IMG/VR virus record: IMGVR_UViG_3300028883_000003 | Location: 54,181-118,180 of that record | Source: a virus | Reading direction: 5' to 3' (one strand) | DNA length: 64,000 nucleotides | In this document: in pieces, positions 55,868 to 64,000 of the stretch | Layout of the letters: every line of letters starts with the position of its first letter | Numbering within the stretch: the first letter of the stretch is position 1 | The notes under the pieces: generated by a model | Told to the model about the DNA's origin: nothing | What the model saw: the letters and a program-made list of their open reading frames with translations, nothing else | The model's database searches: none | Position numbers and translations under genes: made by a program

Positions 55868-58800
55868 ATGAGGACAGCACATATAGCAGACATCCATATT
55901 AGTGACTCTCGTATTGAAGAATTCGAACTTATGCTACAAAAATTAGGGGAAGATATTAAGTCGCATTCTCCTGATTTGGTAGTGTTTTCTGGAGATATGT
56001 TTATCCACAGGGATAAGCTCAGCCCTAAACAAGTGCAGTTGACTAGAAAATTCTTTCATAAAATACTGGATGGTTTAAAGGTTTTAATTATTCCGGGTAA
56101 CCACGATGCCAGTATGTCTGAACAAAAAGTTGATTCTTTAACTGCAATATTTTCACATGATGCTAATATTAAGGTTTATAATTATGTGGGCGATTTTATT
56201 GATATTGGTAATTATCGGTATCATGCGTTTCCTTATCCGTCTAAAATAGAATTGATAAGATTAGAAATTGATGATATCGCTAAAATATATTCTGATAACA
56301 GATTATTTGATTCTTTTCAACTGTCCGATGATAAGAAAAATGTTCTTCTATACCATGGTGTTTTAGAAAACTTTAAATTGGCTGGTTATATTGCCTCAGA
56401 AGAGGCCATTGGTGTTGGTAAAGAAATGGTTATTCCTGAATCATTTTGGAAAAAATTCGATGCTGTTTTAGCCGGACACTTACACGGACACCAACAAATA
56501 GGGAGTGCTGTATATCCGGGTTGTCCTTTCCCATTAACATATGCTGATTCAGAAGATACTGGCTGGGTGTTGTGGGAAGACTGTACCCCAACTTTTATAA
56601 CATTGGAAAAAGAATATCCCTATACTACCTTGGATATTGGTAATCTATCCACGTACAAGGCTGGTATTAATCAAGAAGCTGAACTACGATTAAAAAAAAT
56701 ACCTAATCTAAAGAACACCAGACTGCGTGTTAAGTACACTTTAATGGAGTCCCAAGCTGGTGAATTGGATCATACCATTATTGGTAAGTTTTATTCCGGT
56801 GCTAAAGAAATAAAGATTCAGCCAGTGCATAAACCAGATAGATTTACTATTTCACCTTTGGAATTAAGTACGTTTAAAGACAGTTCACTACAAGGGATAA
56901 TTGACAACCATATTAAGGAATTGAATTATAATCCAGAAGTAAAAACTATCTCTGATAAAATTGAGGAACGTGTAAAAAGTCAGTACAAAGATGAAAAAGA
57001 TACTGGCATTCATTTTAAGCCAAGTAAGTTGAGATTAAAAAACTTTAAATGTTTTGGAGAAGATTCTCCAGAGGTAGATTTTGGGACACTTTCTTCTGTT
57101 GTGGGGGTATTTGGTAAGAATAGAACTGGTAAAAGTTCATTAGTCGAGGCCATAATTTGGGCCTTATTTGGGACTACTGTAAGGAATAATGATGTACGGT
57201 CGGTCATTAGAAATGGGCAAACATCATGTGTAGTTGAGTTGGAATTTTTTTCCCAAGCTGCACTATACAAAATATACAGAGAGCGTAGGGGTAGTGGGCT
57301 TACTACTAATTCTTCTTTGCTATTGTATAAATGGATAAACGATAATTGGGTTGATGTGAGTGGGGCCGGGGTTAATGACACACAAAAAACTATTAGTGAA
57401 TTAGTTGGCACTTTGGAAATGTTTGTTTCGACGGTGTATTCTCCCCAAAATGGTATTGACCGCTTAGTAAACAAAAAGCCAAGTGAACGCAAACAGATTA
57501 TTTTAGATTGTTTGCAAATAGACGTGTTGGAGCGTAGACAAAAAGAAATATTAAAACTGAAGAGTGAAGTTACCGCAACCATAAACACCCTTAAAGGACA
57601 GTTGGTTGCTTACTCTAGCCAATTGGATAGATTATTATCGAATAAACCAGAACTAATCATTACAGAATTTGAAAGCTTGCTTCGTAATGAAAAGATAAAC
57701 CAACAACAGCTTTTATCAAAAATTGAATCTTTATCTTCTAAGCTTTCCGACTACACTGAGTTACAAGCAGAGAATGAGAAAATAAACACAACTTTATCAG
57801 AACTTCGTAAAGAAATAGTTGAGCTACAAAAAAAGCAAAGTAACAAAAAGGAAGAGGTAGAAAGATTTAAGGCTATAGCCTCTGACAAAACAGTTATTGA
57901 ACGAGGACTACAGCGTTTAAAGATTTATAAAGAGGAACTAGAAAAGCATGTTAAAAACTTTGCTGATTTAACTAAGGCAAAGAATGAAAAAACTCAATTT
58001 GAAAAACAGCTTGAAGAATTATCTAGGGCCCATAGAAATACCATTTCGGCTTTGAATACTTCTAAAAATGCATTGATACAGCAACTTCATAGCTATACGG
58101 AATTGGATTGTCCTAAGCCTGATTGCCCTTTGAATCTTAAAGTACAAAAGGAAAAGGATAAGATTAGGGTTAAAATGGAAGAGGCCGATAACGCCATTGT
58201 TTTGGCAAGAACAGAACAAGAAATAGTAATAAACCAAATTAAGGAAAAAATTATTAGTTTGCAATCAGATATTGACAATTCGAATTATAGTAGCAAAGAA
58301 CACTTAGCTTGTGTGAGTGCTTTTAATGAGGAGAACAATAACAAGTGGCATGAACTTGAGGCTAAGATTAATTCCAAAGAAGAGGTTTTGTCTAATATGC
58401 TTGAACTAATAACAGCATATGGAAGACAGGTTTCCAGTTTAATTGATAAGAGGGACGAATTAGTAAGGAGAAGAACTGTTTTAGCAGAAAAGCTAGCTAC
58501 TATTGATAGCTATAAATATGAATTGGAAACAGCTAGGCTAAATTTGTCTGAATGTAACAAGAAAATTTCTAAATGTGAGTCACATATAAGTAAAGCCAAA
58601 CACGATATTGAAGATACAAAGAGGTTGCGTAGTGAAGTAGGTCAGATAGACACTAAGCTGAAGAAAGCAGAATTATATTATACCCATTGTGCCCATTATG
58701 CAGAAATTGTGAGCAAAAAAGGTATTGTATTCCAGATAGTGGATAAGGCTTTGCCAACGATTGAAAAGTTTGCCCAAAATCTATTGTCTGAAACAACAAG

Positions 58801-59203
58801 CGGTTCACTATCAATTCAGGTTACTAACCATAAGGACAACAGTACCGCTAAAGACAATGTTATGATACAGATAACAGATGCTAAAGGAACCAGAGATATA
58901 TTAGAAAGCTCTGGTTCTGAATTATTCTTGGCCTCTTTAGCTTTACGGGCAGCTATGTCACACTTGTTGTCATTAAGGACTGGTAGTAAGGTTGAAATGT
59001 TTGTGATAGATGAGGGTATGGGAGTATTAGACGACGAGGGTATCGTTATTGCAAAGGATATGTTTAAGCAATTAGGTAAGGAATTTAATCAAGTGTTATT
59101 TATCACCCACGTAGGAGAATTAAAAGACGTAGCTCAAAGTATTATTGAAATTTATAGTGATAATTTGATATCCAACTTTAACATAAAGGATAAAATGGTA
59201 TGA
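55868..59203 (+). CDS. Fused SbcD-SbcC (Mre11-Rad50; T4 gp47-gp46-like) nuclease/ATPase
   Basis: DIH, GD, GNHD and GHLH phosphoesterase motifs, then GKNRTGKS, coiled coil, CPKPDC hook, SSGSE, FVIDEG and ITH in one frame. Confidence 0.92.
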   Translation: MRTAHIADIHISDSRIEEFELMLQKLGEDIKSHSPDLVVFSGDMFIHRDKLSPKQVQLTRKFFHKILDGLKVLIIPGNHDASMSEQKVDSLTAIFSHDANIKVYNYVGDFIDIGNYRYHAFPYPSKIELIRLEIDDIAKIYSDNRLFDSFQLSDDKKNVLLYHGVLENFKLAGYIASEEAIGVGKEMVIPESFWKKFDAVLAGHLHGHQQIGSAVYPGCPFPLTYADSEDTGWVLWEDCTPTFITLEKEYPYTTLDIGNLSTYKAGINQEAELRLKKIPNLKNTRLRVKYTLMESQAGELDHTIIGKFYSGAKEIKIQPVHKPDRFTISPLELSTFKDSSLQGIIDNHIKELNYNPEVKTISDKIEERVKSQYKDEKDTGIHFKPSKLRLKNFKCFGEDSPEVDFGTLSSVVGVFGKNRTGKSSLVEAIIWALFGTTVRNNDVRSVIRNGQTSCVVELEFFSQAALYKIYRERRGSGLTTNSSLLLYKWINDNWVDVSGAGVNDTQKTISELVGTLEMFVSTVYSPQNGIDRLVNKKPSERKQIILDCLQIDVLERRQKEILKLKSEVTATINTLKGQLVAYSSQLDRLLSNKPELIITEFESLLRNEKINQQQLLSKIESLSSKLSDYTELQAENEKINTTLSELRKEIVELQKKQSNKKEEVERFKAIASDKTVIERGLQRLKIYKEELEKHVKNFADLTKAKNEKTQFEKQLEELSRAHRNTISALNTSKNALIQQLHSYTELDCPKPDCPLNLKVQKEKDKIRVKMEEADNAIVLARTEQEIVINQIKEKIISLQSDIDNSNYSSKEHLACVSAFNEENNNKWHELEAKINSKEEVLSNMLELITAYGRQVSSLIDKRDELVRRRTVLAEKLATIDSYKYELETARLNLSECNKKISKCESHISKAKHDIEDTKRLRSEVGQIDTKLKKAELYYTHCAHYAEIVSKKGIVFQIVDKALPTIEKFAQNLLSETTSGSLSIQVTNHKDNSTAKDNVMIQITDAKGTRDILESSGSELFLASLALRAAMSHLLSLRTGSKVEMFVIDEGMGVLDDEGIVIAKDMFKQLGKEFNQVLFITHVGELKDVAQSIIEIYSDNLISNFNIKDKMV

Positions 59204-60153
59204 AAATAGATGAGGTATTTAACGCAGTTGAAAAAGCACATTCAGGGGTGGTCTATAAAATGGACACAACAAAAAGCTTAGTTAGGGACCGTCTTTCTAG
59301 CGGGTCATTATTATTAGACAGGGCATTGGGTGGTGGTTTTGTTAAGGGCACAATCACTGAAATTTATGGTTTGTATTCCTCTGGTAAGTCCACAATATGT
59401 TTGCACGCTATGGCAGAAGCACAAAAGGAAGGAATAGTGTTGTTTGTTGACACAGAACGTGCATTCGATCCTATGTATGCCAAGGCTTTAGGGGTTAATA
59501 TAAAAGACCTTATTATTTGTCAGCCTGAATATTCCGAACAAGCTTTTGATGTCATTGAAGCATTTGCTAAATGCCCTGATATTTCTATGATAGTTTTAGA
59601 TTCCATAGCTTCCCTTTTACCCAAAGCAGAGATGGAAGGGAATCCCGGAGACGCAAATATGGGTGTAGCAGCTAGATTAAACCACCAACATGCTAGAAGG
59701 GTTGTAGCTCCTTTGAGCAATAATAAAATTGTTGCTTTGTACACAAATAAAATTACTTACAAAATAACTTCTTATGGCAATCCTGAAACTACTGCTGGGG
59801 GTACTGCTTTCGATTATTCGGCTAGTACTCGTATAAAAACTACGAAGACTTCTACTAGAAAAGAGACATTAGCAAAACAAAGTATTGAATGTACAGCAGA
59901 AGTAACTAAGAATAAGACGTTTATACCTTTTCAAGTTGCGGTTTTGAATATTGATTTTGGCAAAGGAATTAATAAAGGCAAGGAATTGTTGGAACTTGGA
60001 GTAGAAAATGGTGTTATAGAAAAGTCAGGGGCATGGTATTCGATTGGGGAAGAGAGGATTGGACAAGGCAAAGATAATGCCTCACAAACATTGATGGAGA
60101 ACAAAGAATGGCAAGAAAAAATAATGGGAGTTAAACAAGAAGAAAAGGAGTAA
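59200..60153 (+). CDS. recA: RecA/UvsX recombinase
   Basis: GLYSSGKST, VDTERAFDP.YA..LG, IVLDSIA and TAGG..FDY. Confidence 0.93.
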   Translation: MKIDEVFNAVEKAHSGVVYKMDTTKSLVRDRLSSGSLLLDRALGGGFVKGTITEIYGLYSSGKSTICLHAMAEAQKEGIVLFVDTERAFDPMYAKALGVNIKDLIICQPEYSEQAFDVIEAFAKCPDISMIVLDSIASLLPKAEMEGNPGDANMGVAARLNHQHARRVVAPLSNNKIVALYTNKITYKITSYGNPETTAGGTAFDYSASTRIKTTKTSTRKETLAKQSIECTAEVTKNKTFIPFQVAVLNIDFGKGINKGKELLELGVENGVIEKSGAWYSIGEERIGQGKDNASQTLMENKEWQEKIMGVKQEEKE

Positions 60154-60155
60154 TT

Positions 60156-60383
60156 ATGCACTTTTCAGATTCAAGTGGGCATATCATTGGTCTCTGTAAA
60201 AAGGGGAGCAATGAAATTGTCTTAATAAATCCCGGAAAAGAATTGCGTGTTAAAAGAATGTTAGTTCAAAAGTACATGTTTCATCATTTTTTTAACCCAA
60301 ATACGAAACAATCTATTCCGATGAAGGTTGTATTGGAAGACGGAAGACCAGATAAGGGTGACATAGTTTATATAATGGAGTAA
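60156..60383 (+). CDS. Hypothetical protein
   Basis: 75 aa with a ribosome binding site. Confidence 0.6.
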   Translation: MHFSDSSGHIIGLCKKGSNEIVLINPGKELRVKRMLVQKYMFHHFFNPNTKQSIPMKVVLEDGRPDKGDIVYIME

Positions 60384-60384
60384 A

Positions 60385-61029
60385 GTGGAAATTAAAACAA
60401 TTGGGATTACCTTTTACCAACAATTCAAAACGGTAACCGATGCTTATTTGGAAGAACAAACCAACGATGAATTAAGCAAACTAAAGGATGAGTATACACA
60501 CTGCCGAGGCTGTAGTTTGCACAAGACAAGAACGCATGGTATTGTTTTTGGTACTGGCCCATTAAAGTCTAGGCTTATGGTTGTAGGCTTAGCTCCTTCT
60601 AAATATGATGGAGAAATTGGTGTACCCTTTTCGGATAAATTGGGTGACAAATTACGAGGAATGTTGGAATATGTGAATGACGGTATTAGTATAAGTAATA
60701 ATGTTTACTTAACCAATCTAGTTTTGTGCCCCGGCTCACCTACTGAAGAACAATTTAGTGCTTGTTACGAACGGTTACATGCAGAATTTGTATTAGTTGA
60801 CCCAAAGGTTGTTTTATTTTTAGGAGAAGATGTAGCTAATAGGTTTGTTGTCGGGCCTAAACGAGGAAAAAAACTGGTTTTTAAACTGGGCGAAAAATAT
60901 TACACTGGTGTGCAAACTCACACACTTAAAGACTTATTATACAGAAATTCGGAAGTTAGACAAGATGTAAAGAGTGATTTAGATATAGTGGTTAGGTTGA
61001 TAAGGGATGCAGAAAACACAAGTACTTAA
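60385..61029 (+). CDS. Uracil-DNA glycosylase family 4-like protein with a divergent active site
   Basis: CRGCSL..TR...VFG.G, YLTNLVLC and SAC (four Fe-S Cys); motif A reads GLAPS rather than GEAPG. Confidence 0.75.
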   Translation: MEIKTIGITFYQQFKTVTDAYLEEQTNDELSKLKDEYTHCRGCSLHKTRTHGIVFGTGPLKSRLMVVGLAPSKYDGEIGVPFSDKLGDKLRGMLEYVNDGISISNNVYLTNLVLCPGSPTEEQFSACYERLHAEFVLVDPKVVLFLGEDVANRFVVGPKRGKKLVFKLGEKYYTGVQTHTLKDLLYRNSEVRQDVKSDLDIVVRLIRDAENTST

Positions 61030-62029
61030 AAATACATCAGATATTTATCATGAAAATATTTGGGTTAGTCCCTTAGCTTTAAATTATTTGATTAATGAAA
61101 GGGGGCTAACAGAGCAGTCTATTGAACGGTTTAGGTTGGGGTTTGCAAAAGGTAATTTGGTTAACAAGATAGCCAAATCTGAGAAATGGTTGGCTGAGGC
61201 TATTTCTCTTGGTATTGTTAAATACAATTCTGTTGATTTTTTTGAGGGCTATATCACCATACCAATTTTCCACAATGGCTTGTATGAAAACATATACAGC
61301 AGAAATCTTACCAATAAACAAGCAACACCGCATAAAACATTACCAAATATACCAAAGAATACTGTGTACAATCTAGTTGACTCAGTTAATTCAGTGATAA
61401 TTGTCGAAAGCCCACTTGATGCTATCACCCTGCAACAACATGGGTTTAATTCTTGTGCTGTGCTTGGTATAAAGTTAAGTCAGCCAGCTATAAATAGTTT
61501 TCACAATAAAATTTGCTACATCCTTTTTGATAGTGATTCTAGTGGGAAAACGGGAGCTAACAATCTCGCCAAAAAATTGGCACCGGTGGCAAAAAATGTA
61601 TATATTGTTAAGTTCCCTACTTCACAAGTGAAAATGGATGCAAATCTTTATTTTCGCACCAATAAGAATGCTAAAGACAGGCTTATTTTCCTGCTGAAAA
61701 ATTCTGCACCCATAAACTTCCGCGAATTCGGCGGAATTAGAAAAAAAACAAAAAAAAATTTGATCGCGTGTGCGGAAGATCAAGTTGATATTGTAGTTGT
61801 AGGAAGGGAATTATTTGACGATTATATAGAGAAGGGTAATGGTATATGGGTTAATTGCCCCATACATAAAGGAGGGAATGAAAGTAATAAATCGTTGTTG
61901 ATAGGGGGAAAAAACATGTTTTATTGCTTCGGTTGTAATGTTGGTGGCGGTCCTGTTAAATTAGTTTCTTGGGTTAAGGGAATTTCTAGGGAAGAAGCTA
62001 AATTATGGATTCAGGAATTTATTTTGTAA
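61007..62029 (+). CDS. DnaG-type primase with a C-terminal CHC2 zinc finger
   Basis: YL..ERGL...IERFRLG, IIVESPLDAI and ILFDSD (TOPRIM), then CPIH...FYCFGC at the C-terminus. Confidence 0.85.
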   Translation: MQKTQVLKNTSDIYHENIWVSPLALNYLINERGLTEQSIERFRLGFAKGNLVNKIAKSEKWLAEAISLGIVKYNSVDFFEGYITIPIFHNGLYENIYSRNLTNKQATPHKTLPNIPKNTVYNLVDSVNSVIIVESPLDAITLQQHGFNSCAVLGIKLSQPAINSFHNKICYILFDSDSSGKTGANNLAKKLAPVAKNVYIVKFPTSQVKMDANLYFRTNKNAKDRLIFLLKNSAPINFREFGGIRKKTKKNLIACAEDQVDIVVVGRELFDDYIEKGNGIWVNCPIHKGGNESNKSLLIGGKNMFYCFGCNVGGGPVKLVSWVKGISREEAKLWIQEFIL

Positions 62030-62230
62030 TACATTGTTTAATGCATTTTCCCACGAACAACTAATTATATAGTTGTTAAAGTTTTCAAAAGTTTTCTTCG
62101 ATATTATTAGGCAAAAAAGAATAAACATAGAATTTATTTTTGGAACAACATGGGAAAGTACCCCCCAAGGAAATACTCCTTTCCCCATTATTAGTTCTTC
62201 ACCGGTTTTACTTATATTGATTTGTTCCAT
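62003..62230 (-). CDS. Small paralogous protein (NSMFILF family)
   Basis: 75 aa; shares a motif with its neighbours. Confidence 0.5.
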   Translation of the reverse strand: MEQINISKTGEELIMGKGVFPWGVLSHVVPKINSMFILFCLIISKKTFENFNNYIISCSWENALNNVLQNKFLNP

Positions 62231-62492
62231 AATATTCCTTTACACCATTTCCAATATGCATATCCCAACCACAAATTAAACGATGAAAAACCGAGTTATC
62301 GTGCTTTAATGCTTTCAACGTCATGTGCTCTGATAACAAAAGTAAAAATAATGTAAACACGGAATTTTTTACTTTTCGCATGTTAAACAGGATAATCCCA
62401 AGACTATTATGAGTTGCTAAAGATTCGTTACCATATATTTTAATTTTTAATTTACAATTAAGTTGCTGCATTGTTTCTTCAATTTTTAACAT
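62208..62492 (-). CDS. Small paralogous protein (NSVFTLF)
   Basis: 94 aa; shares the motif. Confidence 0.5.
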   Translation of the reverse strand: MLKIEETMQQLNCKLKIKIYGNESLATHNSLGIILFNMRKVKNSVFTLFLLLLSEHMTLKALKHDNSVFHRLICGWDMHIGNGVKEYYGTNQYK

Positions 62493-62507
62493 GTTTTGTG
62501 TCCTACG

Positions 62508-62741
62508 TTACACCTTCTCATATTGTATCTTAATATGCTTCTTAGTGGGGTTACAATACAAAGCAGAAAATGGGTATAGTAATAACCCAATAAGTAAAAT
62601 AAACATAGAATTATCAACAATTTTAAACACATGATAATTAAATTTTGTCCAATTAACTTTTTTAGATGTTGTACTAGGCTTACTAAAAGATATAGTAAAA
62701 TCAAAATAAGTTCTGTCTTTTGTTTTACAAACTTTTATCAT
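62508..62741 (-). CDS. Small paralogous protein (NSMFILL)
   Basis: 77 aa; TAATG coupling to the upstream gene. Confidence 0.55.
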   Translation of the reverse strand: MIKVCKTKDRTYFDFTISFSKPSTTSKKVNWTKFNYHVFKIVDNSMFILLIGLLLYPFSALYCNPTKKHIKIQYEKV

Positions 62742-63319
62742 TAGTGCAACTCCGTAACAATTTTAAGATTTGATTTATTCATACACATATTGCAAATCCT
62801 ACAGTTTCTAGCACATATTTTGGTTCCAGTTAGTTTAGTCAAGTCCGTTTTTCGTGGGAACACAGTAAAAGAATTATGAACCATAAATCCTGAGCCATTC
62901 ACTACTAAAGTATTACATTTAGAAAAGTCTAAATCTTTTCTAGCTGTATAACAGTAGGTTTGTATACCGTGCATTTTCAACATTTTAGCTATTTTTTCAG
63001 CTTTTAATATATCTTTTTGTGATCTAAAATCTCCGGCCTCATTTAATCTTAGGTGTTTTATTTTCCTTTTACCTTTATTTTGTAAAAGTTCTGTGACAAA
63101 ACTTTGGGCTGTACACCTATCCCAAAATTCTGCTTGCTTTCTTCTATATGGCAAAACAGCCTTGTACATTCTTTCGGCTTTTTTGGCATAACAAGCATTA
63201 GAATTGGCCAATTGGCATAAGTTTAAAGAATCCGATTTACAGTCTGTTGCAGCTGTGATATTGAATACCATAGTTGTGCTAGGTAATTTACGATTACCAA
63301 ACGAAAATAATTTTATCAT
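62741..63319 (-). CDS. Phage GP88-like Cys-rich protein
   Basis: Likely start at 63319. GNRKL...FNI.A..DC...C...CYA, LRLNEAGDF, YTAR and C-terminal C...C..C..C. Confidence 0.6.
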   Translation of the reverse strand: MIKLFSFGNRKLPSTTMVFNITAATDCKSDSLNLCQLANSNACYAKKAERMYKAVLPYRRKQAEFWDRCTAQSFVTELLQNKGKRKIKHLRLNEAGDFRSQKDILKAEKIAKMLKMHGIQTYCYTARKDLDFSKCNTLVVNGSGFMVHNSFTVFPRKTDLTKLTGTKICARNCRICNMCMNKSNLKIVTELH

Positions 63320-63326
63320 GTGACCT

Positions 63327-63494
63327 TCAATGTTCAAATATTTTGTCTATAAAAGCTTCATGTCTACAGCAAATAACACTTAAAAATATAATAAATAAAT
63401 TATTATTAGCTCGTTTAATTTCATGTAAATAAAACGGCACGCCTTGAATTTGTATATCAAATGCGTAGTCCGTATCAGTTTTCTCTACTTCCAT
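63327..63494 (-). CDS. Small paralogous protein (NNLFIIF), 55 aa
   Basis: Not in the track; MEVEKTDTDYAF...LHEIKRANNNLFIIFLSVI. Confidence 0.5.
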   Translation of the reverse strand: MEVEKTDTDYAFDIQIQGVPFYLHEIKRANNNLFIIFLSVICCRHEAFIDKIFEH

Positions 63495-63505
63495 TTTAAA
63501 TTTAG

Positions 63506-63529
63506 AAAAGGGGGAGACTAAGCTCCCCC
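63506..63529 (-). terminator. Rho-independent terminator (minus strand)
   Basis: GGGGGAG-cttagt-CTCCCCC followed by TTTT, downstream of 63537..63797. Confidence 0.7.
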
Positions 63530-63536
63530 AATTCCC

Positions 63537-63797
63537 TTAACGCACAGCATAACGTTGGTGGTTGATGGAAAGAGAGTGAATAGTACGACTATCCACCCTC
63601 TTTAACTTCCGGCTGCGAGATTCACAGACAGTAATCAAGCCAAAAATCTTGTCCTGATTCCTTCGGTGATCGGGCATACGCACAAACTTTCCATTAAGTT
63701 TGCGGTCTTTACCAGATTTAGTTTTCCAACTTACGGAAAACATTCTTCCTTTACTGTGCAAAATTTCCTGCACAGCCTTTTCACGAGAAATTCTCAT
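63537..63797 (-). CDS. Small SH3/Sm-like phage protein
   Basis: GRMFSVSWKTKSGKDRKLNG pattern; GGAG ribosome binding site. Confidence 0.6.
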   Translation of the reverse strand: MRISREKAVQEILHSKGRMFSVSWKTKSGKDRKLNGKFVRMPDHRRNQDKIFGLITVCESRSRKLKRVDSRTIHSLSINHQRYAVR

Positions 63798-64000
63798 AAT
63801 TTCTCTCCCATACTTAACATGTTAAATGTATATAAAATGTCCTTCGGACATTTCGCTTTAAATTGTTTGTGTGATAATAGTATTACAAACAAAAGTAACA
63901 AACTTGGCATATTTAACAGAGGAAAATAAACCTTAGTGCCTATATCATTGAGCCGGAAAATTACTGCTTTGTAGGCAGTGTCATCTGTGCATATAATGTC
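63794..64000 (-). CDS. Partial small hypothetical protein (5' end outside the window)
   Basis: 69 open codons ending in TGA that overlaps the next ATG; hydrophobic LLLLFVILL patch. Confidence 0.5.
   Translation of the reverse strand, partial: DIICTDDTAYKAVIFRLNDIGTKVYFPLLNMPSLLLLFVILLSHKQFKAKCPKDILYTFNMLSMGEKL

Noticed and set aside
1-64000. CRISPR array, alternative genetic code, canonical tRNAs, att-site duplications
   Set aside because: No regularly spaced repeats seen; genes are full-length in code 11 with all three stops in use; no cloverleaf other than the TLD found by eye; att sites cannot be judged without host sequence.

Overview
The whole 64 kb is part of a large, AT-rich, tailed dsDNA phage genome; no host housekeeping genes are visible. 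The layout of small terminase candidate, TerL, portal, protease-scaffold, capsid, tail tube and tape measure, with no sheath, fits a siphovirus with an SPbeta-like head module. From left to right: (i) a leftward operon with a two-domain glycosyltransferase, HNH nuclease, dNMP kinase and MazG (1-4408); (ii) an AT-only spacer with repeated CGGGAAC-N17/18-GTT promoter-like motifs; (iii) the rightward morphogenesis operon (4831-46315), whose head module is interrupted by about 9.3 kb of six consecutive signal-peptide proteins lying between a holin-like gene and an M15 endolysin, followed by a GT2-TPR glycosyltransferase; (iv) a leftward small beta-barrel-like protein and tyrosine recombinase; (v) a rightward metabolism/replication operon with peptide deformylase, SLOG protein, a 77-nt tRNA-like-domain-only tmRNA, intein-containing class II RNR, DnaB, ClpP, fused SbcD-SbcC, RecA, a UDG-like protein and a primase with a C-terminal zinc finger; (vi) leftward small paralogous ORFs. 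The main candidates for new biology are the exported, D-(S/T)-sequon-rich fibre/appendage cassette, which suggests periplasmic glycosylation and assembly of virion appendages, and the mini-tmRNA lacking any mRNA domain. All family assignments come from motifs read by eye; no database searches were run.
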